From the human T2T-CHM13v2.0 reference genome, Homo sapiens: a DNA stretch of 64,000 nucleotides. Under the pieces are notes generated by a model. The model saw only the letters and a program-made list of their open reading frames with translations. It was not told where the DNA came from and did no database searches. The stretch lies in assembly GCF_009914755.1 (NCBI RefSeq), contig NC_060935.1; one strand, given 5' to 3'. The position numbers and the translations under genes are program-made. Shown piece by piece: positions 1-21,896 of this stretch (position 1 is its first letter; the number at the start of each line of letters is the position of its first letter).

Positions 1-1437
1 GTTTTCCGTCCCTTTCTGGGGACTCCCAGGGAAGACTGACCAGCCACTGTCCCTGTCTTACAGCAGGCAGTCACCAGGAGCATGAGGGACCAGGTGACTT
101 CACAGCAGCATGAGAATAGCCATGAAAACTAAAACAAGGCTTGTGGACACTCCAAAAATACTCCACTGAAAGCGCCAGCCAGCATCGAAAATAAACCTGT
201 CTGCTGGCTGCCTGCACAGAGGAGCCAGGGAGGGGCCACTGAGCCACACTTCCGGCCCCACACCCTTTTATTTTGGGAAAATCAAACCCTTCCCACCATG
301 AGCTTGCCTGTGGGAGGGAAGCTGAGGCTGCCGTTGTCCTGTGAGATTTCGCTGGACGATGCTCAGGTGCAGAAGCGAGAGCTGACCCTTCCATTCATTC
401 TTTCGTCCACCCGCAGGCACGTGCGCCTCCCTCTGTGTGCCAAGCGCTGTCCGTGGCATCAGGGCAGATGGAGCAGGGGCCGCCAGACTCGGCTTGAATC
501 TGCTGTGCTGTGGACAGGCCTAGAGAGCTCGGCAGCACTTTCCCTCTAGGAGATGGGAGTGGGCTTATTGTGCTGTGAGGGGGTAAGGAGGCAGGGGAGA
601 TCTTGTCTGTGCCAGGCACGTCCTGGGCCCCATGCAGATGACCAGCCTCATTAGTTCGTTATCTGCACTCGCTCATGCAGCCTCACCTCTGTGTGTGGCA
701 GAGGACCCTGGCCTTTAACATTCCTGCCGTCTTACAGCCCCACCTGCTTCAAAGCTTCCGCACGCTTCTTAACCCCTGGACAGACCTGCAACCCCCGCCT
801 GTGGCCTTGGCTCCCACTTCCAAGACCCTGATGAGTTTTGCTGGGAGGGCCTGGTCGCTGCTTTCTTCTCAGAGGAAAGTGGCCCCTTCCCACCTCACTC
901 AGCCTCCTGCTCCCCTGCCCTGGCCCTGGCCGGCTCACTTCTGGAACAAACTCCTTCCTCCCAGCCTTCCCATCTCTGGTCTCTTCCTGATCTGGATCCT
1001 TCTCTCTCTCTCTCTCTTTTTTTTTTTTTTTTTTTGAGATAGGGGCTCACTCTGTTGCCCAGGCTAGAGTACACTGGTGCAATCACAGCTCATGGCATCC
1101 CTGACTTTCCAGGCTCCAGTAATCCTTCCATCTCAGCCTCCCAAGTAGCTGGGGCTACAGGCCCGACTAATATTTGTATTTTTGGTAGAGATGGGGTTTT
1201 GCCATGTTGCCAAGGTTGGTCTCCAACTCCTGAGCTCACACTTGAGCTCCACCTGCCTTGGCCTCCCAAAGTGCTGGGATTACAGGCATTAGCCACAGTG
1301 CCTGGCGACCCAGATCCCTTTCTACCTGGGGCCAGAGATTTCCTCCTAAATAGAAAACCTGACCCCACCCTGGTCTTTGGGCGAGACACCTCTTTTGCTT
1401 TTTCGTAGTTCACAGCTCCTTTCCCAAAGCTCAGTGA

Positions 1438-1764
<327 letters not shown>

Positions 1765-1934
1765 TAGGCGTGAGCCACCACGCCTGACCTCCCCCTCTCG
1801 TTTTATCTACTTAGCTTTTTCTTGAAAGCCTTGTCCTTTTATCTACTTAGCTGTATCTTGAAAGCGACTCTCTTAAAAATTTAAAATTTAAAAATTTTTA
1901 ATTTTTTGTGTCTCTGTTACAAAAAGAAAACAGT

Positions 1935-2404
1935 CTATGGCAAAGATTGCTGGTGTCACCCAGTATCTTTTCATCCCTTCTCACTTTACACAAGATCCCC
2001 AATTTTTAGCTAAGCAGACAGTCAAGGCTGCATTTCCCAACCTCCCCTGCAGCCAGGTGTGGCCCTTTGACTAAGTTCTGCATATGTGCAGAAATGGAGT
2101 GTGGAACTTCCTAAAAACAGCCTTAAAGGAGGGAGAGGATTGTGCCCTTCAGCATCCCTTTATTCCTTCCTTCTGCCTGGAATGCAAGCATGATAGCTGG
2201 AGCACAGGCAGCTATATTGGGTCATGAGGAAGCAATGCAGCAGGATAGAAGGATCCTGGGTTCTTAAAGATTACAGAGCCTCCCTGCTAGCCCTAGAAAG
2301 CTTACATCAGGGTTGCCTTTGTATGAGAAAAATAAACCCTCATTGAAGTCACTGTGATTTGGAGACTTCAGACACTTACACAAAGCTAACCTTGATTGAA
2401 ACAC
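1935..2404 (+). mobile_element. Old MLT1 (MLT1J-like) LTR
   Basis: catttcccaacctcccctgcagccaggtgtggcc...gactaagttctg...tgcctggaatgca...gctggagc...gagaaaaataaacc. Confidence 0.6.
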
Positions 2405-3339
2405 AGTATCACTTGGAATAATCAGGAGGTGGCTATGAAAAGGAATGCAATAAAAAAGTGACATTCTGAAACTCGTCATACACTCCACTGCCTTCCAGGC
2501 TCTGAAACTGAGGGCTACTCACTTTGTTTAAGAAGACATTAGTCATCACTAGCCCGAGATGAAATCTCACTTTGTTCAGAGGGACTGACCGATTGTTGAA
2601 AAGGGAAAGACGTTCTCACCGTGTGACTCAACACTGTTCAGTGCCAAGTTCCTCACCTCACCATTAACTGGAGTCATTGACTGTCTACACCTGCAGGCTG
2701 AACGCACCGCCCCAGGATGAAGTGTGAGTCCTCGGCATCCCAGGGAGGTTAGTGTCCTCCTGCGAAGCTCCAGCCTTGGGGAGTGCCTCCACGTCCAGGC
2801 TGGAGCCACCTCCCTACTCCCTCTCCCCAGGGCCTGGCACGGTCAGCCATCATGAGTGTCCCAGCTAGAGTCAACCAGCAGATGATGTTTAGTGCCTCTC
2901 TGTGCCTTCAGAAATGCTTCCCACCCTCAGGAATTCCAATGCCTGCTTCTCTCTCCTGCTACACTCCTACTCATTGCCCATCTCTGCGTAGATGCCCCAG
3001 CGGATCACCGTTCAGTCGACATTTACCAGGCACTCCCTGTTCGGGGGTGAGTGTTGGCTATGGAGTTAGCCGCCAGGAGCCTGCCTCCTGCTGACTGGGC
3101 GATCTGGGCAAGTTATTTAGCTTCTCCGCCTCAGTCCTTCCTATCTGTAAAATGGGGATAGGAATGGCACCTTCCTCAAGGGTGTTGGTGAGGGTTAGAC
3201 CAGTCGATATGCTAAGTGCTTAGAACACATTAACCCCCTGGGACATCTCAGGTGCTGCTGTTGTCTGTCAGGCTAGGAGGCTAAGGGATCTGCTTTCATG
3301 GGGGGGATGGAGTGACCTTCTAGAACCTGCTGCAGATAG

Positions 3340-4108
<769 letters not shown>

Positions 4109-4530
4109 TGCCTTTGACTTTTATGTACCCACCAGCAGCCTGGGCACACCAGGTACTTAGGAAACAATACTAATAAAGGAATCCCTGTGAGATACAGGCT
4201 GGGTGAAGGGACTAAGGCTGAGAGGCTAAGGAGGCCCAGCTCCCAGAATAGCAGAATAGTCAGCATACAAGGCCTGGCCTTCCCATCCAAGCCTGGCTGT
4301 GTCCCGACTGCTTTCATATGAAACGACTTCAAGGGGCTTTCTTACTGGTATAGACAAAGTCACTGACATGCATTCGTGCATAAGTTCAGGTGCAAAGTGG
4401 AGCCCAGACCTTGAAGTCACAGACTGGGGTTAGGTCTAGACTCTCCTATGTATTTGCCAGGTGATCTTGGACAAATGTACTCCAAAGGTACACTCTGAGC
4501 CTCATTTTCCTCACCTGAGAAATGGACTGA

Positions 4531-5612
<1,082 letters not shown>

Positions 5613-5898
5613 TGAGCCCGTGGGGCCACGCGCCCCCACCTCCTCCAGGAGAGAGGGATCCATCATCAGCATGGGGCCTGGGAACCCTAGCAGCCTATTC
5701 CAGATCCTGGCAGAGACCGACCACTTGATTTCATCCCCCTTCCAAAGTAGTGGCACTTAATTAAGAATTTCTAGGTCAGGCATGGTGGCTCACATCCACC
5801 ATCCCAGCACTCTGGGAAGCTGAGACAGAAGAAAAACTGGAGGCCGGGAGTTCAAGACCAGCCTGGGCAACATAGTGAGACCTGCCCCTGTCTCTACC

Positions 5899-5929
<31 letters not shown>

Positions 5930-6087
5930 TTTTTCATGAGCAGAATGTGGTGGCGTGCACCTGTGGTCCCAGTTACTCAGAGGCTGAGGCGAGAGGATCA
6001 CCTGAGCCCAGAAGTTGGAGGCTGCAGTAAGTTATGATTGTGCCACTCACTGCACTCCAGCTGGGTGACAGAGCACTACTCTGTCTC

Positions 6088-6138
6088 TAAAAAATAAAAT
6101 AAAATAAAATAAAATAAAATAAAATAATAAATAAATAA
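6088..6138. repeat. (TAAAA)n Alu-tail microsatellite
   Basis: Read directly. Confidence 0.9.
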
Positions 6139-6454
6139 TTTGGGAAAAGACTTACTACCTAAGAAATCTTTCTCCTGCACCCCCAGGCCCCTGGTTTACT
6201 TTCACATCTCAGGAAATAAGAATCATAAAAAAGTCACTTTCCTTGACTGGAGGGAAGAAGGGAAGGCAGGCTGGACCCCAGGCCTCTGTCTCCTCCCTCC
6301 GTCTCAGCCATCTGGACAGAAGGGGCCTTTATTTAACCGGATGCTTCTCCATAGTCCTGTCACCCAGAGCTGCAAACTTGTCCTGTGGTCTCTTGTGGCC
6401 TCTGACATGTGAATCAGGATCAGCAGTTCTGAAGCTGATGGTCCCCTTCTTTAA

Positions 6455-8045
<1,591 letters not shown>

Positions 8046-8059
8046 GCCCCTTTTTATAA

Positions 8060-8329
<270 letters not shown>

Positions 8330-8923
8330 TGATCCTCCTGCCTCAGCCTCCCAAAGTGCTAGGGATTACAGATGTGAGCCAGCACGTCTGGACCCTCTTC
8401 GCTCTCCTGAAATGAAATGTCTAGAATGATCCAGAATGCTGCCCTCCCTTCTGCCAGTAGATGTCTAGTAGAACCCACCATGATAAGCAAGCCCCCATTC
8501 CACATTTCCAAAACGTTCTTTAACTGTCATGCAGTGTGACCCCCAGACTACACTGAAAACCACTCTCCCAAATGAAGTTTTTTCCTAAGGAGCCCAGAGC
8601 ACTTTGTTCCTCATTACCTTCCCCAAGTCTTAGGCCCCTGACATCCCTATAAAGAGTCTTCCTTGCCGGCAAATAGCATGTGCAAAAAGGTTCCATGGGC
8701 GGCCCACCAGCCCTACAACCAACCTTGGCTTTGGCTTGGCTGAGAACCCACCCACAATTTCCCCACTATCATCAGTGACCACTCTCATTTCAAAGACGTG
8801 GAAAGTAAAGTTCAGAGACAGATGAAGACGTCGGGACTGACATTTCCTACACGCCTTCTAGGTGTGCACGCAGTGTCTTACTGCTCCCAGCATCCTGGGT
8901 AGAGAAGACATCATCCCATTTTA

Positions 8924-9274
<351 letters not shown>

Positions 9275-9976
9275 TCACAAAGCTATTGGTTGACAAAATG
9301 AGAACTGGGAGGTAGGACCTGTAATTCCAAGCCACTGCACCCTCCTGCCTCTATGACAAAGGATAGAGGGGCTGGGACCCACTCTTCCCCACAGCAGCTG
9401 CAATCGAATCAGAAAGCAGGCAGCGCATCTGGATGCTGTGAGTCAGTGCTCAGAGGAGGAGGCCGTGGCACACAGGGCAGTCACCGCAGTCCTGGCACAG
9501 CCGGGTCTCTGCCGTACACTGCCACAGCCCACCTGGCTCTGTGCGTGGGCAGGAAGTCATGTTCCTTCCATGAGCAGGAGGTGATTAACGAACACCGGGT
9601 GAGGACGAGCGGGTAGAACAAGGTCAGAATCTCAACTAAGCCTTCGAGATCGTGTCGGGCTCATTTCCCTGCGATGTCTGGTCTCCGTCCCACTCTGGGG
9701 TGTCAGCTTCCCGGAGACTCGCCCAGGTCTCCTGCCTTCCGAGCTCTTGCCTTGCTGCTGCTTTTAGCCCTGCCTTTCACAGCTGCTAGTTGCCCACTCC
9801 TTAGCCTGGCATTCAAGGCTGCAATGCCAGCTTCAGCTTCACCCCCATTTCCTGCCACAAACCCTCCACTCTGGCCAAATTCCTCCCATGCCATGACTTT
9901 CCTGCCTCTGAGCCTCTGCCTATGATCCCCCCCACCACCCCCCAGGCCTGCCCTCTTCACCCATTTCACCTGTTAG

Positions 9977-10418
<442 letters not shown>

Positions 10419-10938
10419 TAAAATGCCACTGGATTCAACTCATTTTTATTGAGCTCCTACTGTGTCTACAACAGTCTGAGGATTTAGCAGTGAAGAAAGG
10501 TGATTTTTTTTTTACTGCTTATCCTTGTGTACTTTTAAAATGCTGTACCACGTGCAGGTAAAATTTATTTTTAAATTTTATTAAAATGAAAATTATCAAG
10601 GTAATGAGACTTAGGAAGAGGGAAAATATTAATATCTTACTCCGGTGGTTTCTACGAGGATGAAGGGAGGCAACCCAGTCCAGTGCAGGGTCTGGGGCCC
10701 AGCAAAGAAGTGCTCACTAAATTGCAGCCATCGTCAAAATGCTGCCTTCTCCAAGCCTCTAAGGAGCCTCCTGCAGTTAAACCTGGCCTCACCCCCACTG
10801 GAGTGTGATGGCGCCTTTGTTTGTACTATGTCATTTACTCACCTACCCATCCACCCACCTGTCCTCCATCCATCCACTTACCCACCCAGCCATCACTCAT
10901 ACTTTCACCCACTCATTGATTACTTATTGCAAACCACC

Positions 10939-11642
<704 letters not shown>

Positions 11643-12188
11643 CACACCAGCCATGTGCCAGGTCTTCTGCCAGGTGGGTAGGAGTGAATGATAAAACAGT
11701 TCCAATCTTTCCCCTCATACAAGTTTCTGCTGGGTAAGGGAGAGATGACCCACCATGGAAAGTATTTGCTACACAACGTACAAGCTTTGTAGATTATATG
11801 CAGAGTACATGTGCTCCATAGAGCAGGTGGCAGGGGCAAAGGACTTGCAGAGAAGGGATATCAAGTTGAGACCTGAAGATGGTCCCGGCAGATGAAGGCA
11901 GAGGAGAGGACATTCCATGGGCAAGGCAGGAGGTAAGAAGGTGTGTAGAGAAGATAAGAACAGCCGGAATGTTGAGTTTCATGTTGAGAGCAGCAAGGGG
12001 CTGGAGAAGTGACCAAGGGCCTCACAGATTATGTAAGGAATGTGATCCTTGTCCCAGGAACAGGCTTCAGAGGGCTTCCAGCAAGGGAGGGACATGAGAA
12101 AGTTCTGGCGTTGGAGAGAGAACTCTGACTGCACTGTGGTCACCAGGTTGGAGTGGACAGGATTGGGTTTGGCAGTGACGGTGTGTAG

Positions 12189-12461
<273 letters not shown>

Positions 12462-13239
12462 TAATTTTTGTATTTTTAGTAGAGACAGGGTTTCACTGTG
12501 TTGGCCAGGCTGGTCTCGAACTCCTGACTTTGTGATTCACCCGCCTTGGCCTCCCAAAGTGCTGGGATTACAGGTGTGAGCCACCGCGCCTGGCCTCCCC
12601 CCAAATTTCTACCAGAAAAATTCTTACCTTCCTGAAAAGTTGAAAGACCAGTACCACAAACACATTTTCTTCTACCTAGAGTCAACAATCATTGCTATCT
12701 CCAGCTTTGCTCTCTCAAGACACAGCAAAGTGGGTGGATTTTCTTTTTCTGTACCACTCGAAAGTCAGTTTCAGACATGGTGATGCTTCACCCTGAGCTG
12801 CATCTCCTGAGAATGAAGGCATTTTTCTCCTGAATCGCAGAACCAGTATCGCACCTCGGAAACACAACAGGAGTGACGTCTGCTGCCCAGTTTGTGTCCA
12901 GATGGATGGCCTTTCATGGTTGGGTTTTTGTTTTGAGAGCCGGGGTCCCATCAAGATGCCAGCGTCGCATTTGGTTGTCTCTTTAGTCTCCAAGAAAGAC
13001 TCTGGAGGTGGAATGTGTAGGGCTTGATGAGTCACTGGGTTTCAGGGGTGGAGGGCAGGGAGGATCCGGGCGATGACCGGGTTCTGGTTTGGGCAGCCAG
13101 TGGTGCAATCCTTGGCATGAGGAATTCTGGAGAGGGAACAGATCTCAGGGGAGAGTGGGTTTTGGAAGGGCCGAGTGTGAGGAATTGTCTGGCTGTCAGG
13201 TGGGAAGCTCAGGAGATGGTAGCGAGATACAGTGAGGGC

Positions 13240-13673
13240 TGTGTTAGCTTCCTGGGGCTGCCAAACAAATGACCAGAGATGGGGTGGCTTAAAGCAACAG
13301 AAATGTGCTTTCTCTTAGCTCTGGAGGCTGGAAGTCCAAAATCAATGTGTCAGCAGAATCCTGCTTTTCCCAAGGGCTCAAGGGAAGAATCCTTCCTTGT
13401 CTCTTCTAGCTCCTCGTGGTTTTCGGCAGTCATTGGCGACGCTGCGCTCCAATCTCTGCCTCCGTTTTGGCACATGGCCACCTTTCCTCTTGTAGTTCAC
13501 ATGGCCCTCTTATAAGGACACCAGTCATTAGGTTTAGGGCATACCTTCCTGCACTGTGACCTCATCTTAATTTAACTAATTACATCAGCAAAGACCCTGT
13601 TTCCAAATAAGCTCACGTTCTGAGGTTCCTGGTGGACACCAAATTTGGGGGGCACATTATCCAACTCAGTATA
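13240..13673 (-). mobile_element. MLT1 (MLT1C-like) MaLR LTR
   Basis: ggtggcttaaagcaacagaaat...ctggaggctggaagtccaaaatcaa...cttataaggacaccagtcatt...aattacatcagcaaagaccctgtttccaaataag. Confidence 0.8.
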
Positions 13674-13861
13674 CGGTCAGCAGCATCTAAATGGTGACTG
13701 AGACAGCAGGAATGGCTGCAACTAGCCAGGGAGAGCAGATGGAGGAGGAGGAGAGGGAAGGAGGGGAAGGGGCCCTAGAAAAGAACCAGGGGGCTTAGTC
13801 ACAGTCTGGAAGGGAGGAGGGCGTGGCTCTACAGGGTCAAGTGCTGTGGGGTGTCAAGTAG

Positions 13862-14315
<454 letters not shown>

Positions 14316-16010
14316 TAGGCCGCCTGAAGGCAAGTGGAATAAGTGGCTCTTCTTACATATTTATCTTGCTGTTGTCAGTTCTTCCGTCGGGCTGTAAGCC
14401 CCTCCAGATTAGGGGCTAGATTAGATTTTGTTCCCTGTAACTCTCCCAGACCCCTGCGGGACCCATGGCCTCCTGTGAGCATCAGCACTCACAGCCCCAG
14501 CACGTCTGCCCCAGGGCGGCCACCACCTGTGCTGAGAGAGGGTTCCTTATAGGATAGGAAGGTGCCAATTTCAGCTGCAACTATTGACCCTTTTTGCATG
14601 ACTTCACATGCATGGATTTGCTCATTGAACCCTAACCCTAACCTCTAGTAGTAGGAGAGTACTATAGTACTAAAATACTACAAGAGTACTATTGTTACTC
14701 AACATAGCAGATGAGGAAACCAAGGCACAGAGAGGTCAAGTGGCACAGGAAGTGAGGGAGCCAGGATCCAGACTCGGTGATTTGGCTCCGGAGAGCGCAG
14801 TGCCTTGCAGAGCGCATGGCTTCACACTGACCATTGAATGGGCTCCAAGGTCATCAGCAGATCTCAGGTGAACCTGTGGATGTGCTCCTGGAGCTCCCTG
14901 GAGTTCTTCTGGGTCTGACCTCACTTGGGGCCTGGCTACACGCGCTGTTCTTTACTTCCTGGGATAAAGAGCAGACATTGGCCCTGAGCACTGTGTGTCA
15001 TCAGAAGGGCAGGTGCAGGCCCAGAGCAGGGGGCTTCCAACCTAAGCGTGACCATTCTCCTCACAGAGCCCCTGCAGACTGGAGACTTTGACCCCACAGG
15101 TCACTTGCAGCTGCCCACCACTTTCTCACCTCACCTTTCATGTCTCAGGTGTGTTTCTTTCAGCTGAAAGCCCCAGAGGGACCACGCCTGGCCCTTCCTG
15201 GCTCAGCTGCCCCATAGTGGTGAGGTTTTCTGGTTTATTTTTTCAGTTGTTATTAGAGGTCGTCGTTATCTTTCTCATGAGTGACTAAAGCCTATTATCC
15301 CTAGGCAAGTTCCTGCCTGGCCAGTGGGTGGGAGCCTCCAGTGTCTGCATCTTCCCCCACACCACCCCCGGAGCCTGAGCTCACACAGCTGGGGTGGGGA
15401 AGAACCTGCCTGCGGCCCGTGGGAAAGCTGGGGAAGGAGGGGAGCCTTCTGTCCATGCTGAGGGGGCAGCTGCCGTGCAAGCCCGGCCAGGGGGCTCTTC
15501 TCTGCTGTTCTCTGGGTGTCCTGGAGACCACAGGCTGCTCCCAAAGAGAAAGGGATGGGACCAAAGAGAAAGGGATGGGACAAAGGGATGTCCTTACTCC
15601 CTCTTGCAAAACTTCTTGCACCTGAGGTAGAGTAAATCTGAGCGCTTCTCCACCCCAGATCTTTGGGAAGAAGGTAAGGGACCCATGCCAGGTGCAGTGG
15701 CTCACACCTGTAATCCTAGCACTTTGGGAGGCTGAGGGGGGTGGATCACTTGAGGTCAGGAGTTTGAGACCAGCCTGGCCAAAATGGTGAAACCTCATCT
15801 CTACAAAAAATACAAAAATGAGCTGGATGTGGTGGTGCATGTCTGTAATCCCAGCTACTAGGGAGGCTGAGGGAGGAGAACTGCTTGAACCAGGAGGCGG
15901 AGGTTGCAGTGAGCTGCGATTGCACCATGGCACTCCAGCCTGGCAATAGAGCAAGACCCCATCTCAAAAAAAAAAGAAAAAAAAAAAAAGAAGAAGAAGG
16001 GAAGGGACCC

Positions 16011-16393
16011 TGTATTAGGCCGATCTCACACTGCTGTAAACAACTACCTGAGACTGGGTAATTTATGAAGGAAAGAGGTTTAAATGACTCACAGTTCCAC
16101 AGGCTTAACAGGAAGCATGACTGAGAGGCCTCAGGAAACTTACAGTCATGGTGGAAGGTGAAGGGGAAGCAGGCACATCTTTGCAAGGTGGCAGGAGAGA
16201 GAGAGGGCAAAGGGGGAAGTGCCACACACTTGCAAACCATCAGATCTCGTGAGAACTCATGCACTATCATGAGAACAGCAAGGGGGAAATCCACCCCATG
16301 ATCCAATCACTTCCCACCAGGTCCCTCCCTTGACCCATGGGGATTACAATTTGACACGAGATTTTGGTAGGGACCCAGAGCCAAATTGTATGA
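16011..16393 (-). mobile_element. Solo LTR, ERVL-MaLR THE1 family (THE1D-like)
   Basis: Typical THE1/MST text (ctgagactgggtaatttat...aaagaggtttaa...ggcctcaggaaacttaca...cagatctcgtgagaactca). 5-bp TSD GACCC at 16006-16010 and 16394-16398. Confidence 0.88.
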
Positions 16394-18029
16394 GACCCCA
16401 GCCTCAGTGGACACCGTGTGCCTGCCGGCTTTCATGCTTGCTTGTCCTCTGCCAGGGGCCCTCTCCCCACTCTGCTCACATGACAAGCTCTTACTCATCC
16501 TTGCTGTTTCACCTTCAAAGTCGCTGCTTCCAAGAAAACCTCCCTACTTCCCCCATGCTGCCAGAACACCGTGCCCCCTGCCTTCTGTTTTTTTCACCAT
16601 GGAATTTAGCTTCCTGCAGGGCAGAACCTGTGTCTCGTTGCCCACCCTGTGTCCTCAGCACCTGGTATTACAAAACAGCACAGGTTTGCCACGGTTGAAT
16701 CGGCAGGTGGCCTGGTCATTTTCCTCTCCTTCCCCTCCCAGAGCCAGGCTCATCTCCTCATGCCTGAGGCTCCTGGCTTCCCTCCCCAAGAGGGACCGAG
16801 GCCAGCAGTGAGCAAACAGTGCAGGGAGCAGAAACAGTGCCAAGCCAGAGGACAGGGCTCCTTGGCAGGATGACCTCCTGGAAGAGGTGACTTCATGGCC
16901 CAAGAGCTGAGTGGCTGCAGGATGTCAGCCTCGTGAAGGGCTGGCTCAGAGTGTCCTGGGCAGGGAGAGAAATGAGTACAAGGGCCCTGGGGCAGGAACC
17001 AGTGTGGCAGATCTGAGGGCCACAGAGAAGGCCAGTAAGAGTGGAGTGAACTGTAGACTTTACCCCAGGTGTGTTGGAAGTTGGGGAGCAGTGCCGTAGG
17101 GAGGTGTTCTTGATGCCGGGGTGGCTTGATGAACTAAGGCTGAGGGCCTCCTCACAGCTGCCTCTGCCATCCTGCAGACGCTGGCCAATTATTTGGAAAT
17201 ATTCACAGAAAACACAGCAAGAAAAGCATCCAGTGTCTGGGAGCAGTGAGAGCACTTCTCACCTATCAGTTCCTGGTGTTCATATTAGAGTGAGAAATAG
17301 GCCAGGGGCAAAGAAACAGGCCAGGGGCTAAGAGAATCTGTTTTTCAGCCACCCACAGGGATGGAGACAGCAGCATTATGAGGATTCCAGCCCCTTCTGG
17401 GTTTAAGTTATTTACACAAAGGTATAAGCCATGTCATAAGAAGGTATCAGGTTATATGGCCAAAAGAGCCATTCTTCTCTCTTAATGGAAAGGAACTGAG
17501 CTGCTATAGAGACCAGCTACGTGCTTGGATGCTCACGGACTGATCACATGTGCCCACCTGCCTGGGTACTGATTTCTCCAGTGCTGAAAGGAGGCACCAT
17601 CACGGGCCCTGCTTGCTCATTGAGGAAACTGAGGCTTGGAGAACTTTGGAGACCTGCCTCAGCCATAGGCCAGCACAGGCAGACAGTGAGCTCAATGCCT
17701 GGACTCAAATCTTGTGCCCTTTTTAAAAACCTTTTATTATGAACGATTTCATTCATTTGCCAACAACAGAGGTGGTGTTTTGCAAGATGAAAATAATGAT
17801 CACATAACGTGGACACCCACGCACCACCGTCCACTTAAGAAATAAAACATGCTGGGACCAACCATCCTCCTGTTGCTCCTGATGGCTGCGTCACCACCAT
17901 TCGGCCCCTAGGTACCCAGGACAACTCTGAAGTTTACTTGTATCTTCCCCTTGCCCCATGCACCTCTTGCTTTCTGCCAACTGCTTTGTGGTTTCATAGT
18001 GTACATAGGATATTACCATGGACTACTCA

Positions 18030-19493
<1,464 letters not shown>

Positions 19494-21497
19494 TTACAGG
19501 AAGGCACTCAAAATTTACTTAGTGGTCAAAGTGCTTGATCAAAAATTTAGGGCCCCCTGTGGTGTGAAGATGTTTGTGTTATTGTCTCTGTCTTGGGGCA
19601 GGGGCCACATCTCATGCCCCCTCCAACCCCACTGGCTGCTCAGTAGGATGGAGGAAAGGGGCCTCTGGACTATGGCCTGAGTTTGCCAGGATGCAGCTAA
19701 GAATGAGAGTGGGGGCCGGGTCTTCCCTCTTGCGCTGCCATCACAGAGCCCACTTGCCCACCGCCCTCCCCCATCAGACTAGCTCAGTGCTTGCAGTGTG
19801 GTTCGCCCCAGTTGTCAGCTCTCCTTGCACCCTGTCCTTGTTCTGTGGGGCACGTCTCACCTAGTAATGAAGGAAATCATGGGTGTCGTTTGTGTTTAAG
19901 GCTCACGTTCTCCCCAGATACTGCCTTCCCAGTTCTTCCTTTGTAGACCCTCAAGAGATCATTGTCACCTAAATGAACAAGGTCCTGTGCGGTGATCTGG
20001 ACCCTTCTTTGCCTAGTCCAAAGGAGACCGCAGGGTGTGCTGTGTCACAGTGAGGTGTCCAGCCAGCACAGGAGGAAGGAATTACTGTAGTTCAAGTGGA
20101 TTTAGCCTGCTTGGCCTATAGAGCCGAGAGCACAAAGCAAACAGCTGCTCAGACACCTTGGCTGGGAACCTAGGAGGCCCCCATGGGCAGTAGTTTCCCC
20201 AAAATGATGGCCAAGCACCTGCTTCGTGCTGGAGACCGAGACAGGAGTACACACAGATGGAGGCACGTGGATAGACTGCCTCTCTGGCCCTGCTTGCAGT
20301 ACGATGAAAGTCCTGCCTCCTGACCCCAAGGCCACCCCTGCCCTTGGGCCCTTCTCCCACTCTACTTCGGCCCTGAGCTACTTTTTTTCTTTCTTTTTTC
20401 TTTTTTTTCTTTCTTTCTTTTTTTTTTTTTTGAGATGGAATCTCCCTCTGCTGCCCGGGCTGGAGTGCAGTGGCATGATCTCGGCTCACTGCAATCTCCA
20501 CCTCCCAGGTTCAAGCGATTCTCCTGCCTGGTCTCCTGGGACTACAGGCGCCCCCCCCCCCCCCCCCACCACGTGGCCCTGGGCTATTTCTAACCATCTG
20601 TGTGCTCAGGCTTGGGTGAGGAACGCCTTTGTCTGCAGTGGGAATGTTCTACCCTACAACTTTACCATGTTGGGAAGCGGCTTGGGAATCCTCGTCATGA
20701 TTCCCACACGTGTTCATTCCATTCCGCCCATGTGAAAAGCCTGGAGCCATCGAGTGCAACGAGCTAACAGGGTCCGGCTTCCCCGGGGAGGCTGTGGCGC
20801 TCAGGGGTTTAGGAGCCCCCAGTCTGTGCGTTCCCAGAGCCAGGGCTGGGAGCCCTGCCTGGCTTCTCTTTGAGAATCAGTTCTTGGAAATCTGCTGTGG
20901 CAACACTTCCCGGCACAACCATGGGTTCCTTTTGTGTCCCAGCTGGAGCCATCTCGGGGGTGGTGTTGGCTGCTGGCTTGAGACGACGCGGGCCCCACTC
21001 TCCCAGGAGCTCCGTGGCTCCTTTCTGCAGCTCCGCCTCTCCCAGCGGCTCCTAAACCCCAGGCTCAGGCCTTCTGGGCTCCATCCTTGTGCACAGGTGC
21101 CGCCTTCTCTGGCACAAGCCAACCATTACTCACAGCTAAAAACTTCAATCCAAATTAAAAAGAAAAAAAAATCCCCACCTCCACTGCCCAAGAAACAGGC
21201 CTCATTTCTCCTTTATTCTGAATCACAGCCAGCGGGTTCTCAGAATACTGGGCTAGAGGAACAATATGATGTCCTCCATCCATCCTGGCCACATTGTGAG
21301 CAGTCATTTCGCCATCCCAGGACCAGGAGAAGGTGTGGCGGGAGAGGCTTCCAGGCCCTGAGGCATCAGTGGGGTCCTAGGCCGTTGGGTTGAGGGGAGA
21401 TGAGGAGGGCGGGCTGGGGGCCAGGGGACTCATGCAGCATGAAAGAGCAGGCTCTTAAGGCCCCATTCATGGGACACGTTTCCTTGATATGTGGTGA

Positions 21498-21896
<399 letters not shown>

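Noticed and set aside
14628-14671. aaccctaaccctaacc telomere-like bit and the adjacent palindrome agtactatagtact
   Set aside because: Only about two hexamers, inside a decayed MIR; compatible with chance or micro-duplication.
15541-15590. Short direct repeats (20-bp ccaaagagaaagggatggga x2; also 12-bp at about 5467-5493 and 14-bp at about 33231-33263) as a CRISPR-like array
   Set aside because: Two adjacent copies without unique spacers in mammalian DNA; ordinary slippage duplications, and no cas genes.
20710-21393. 227-aa ORF in mostly unique sequence
   Set aside because: Non-ATG start, no recognisable homology, crosses an A-run, and no convincing exon structure.
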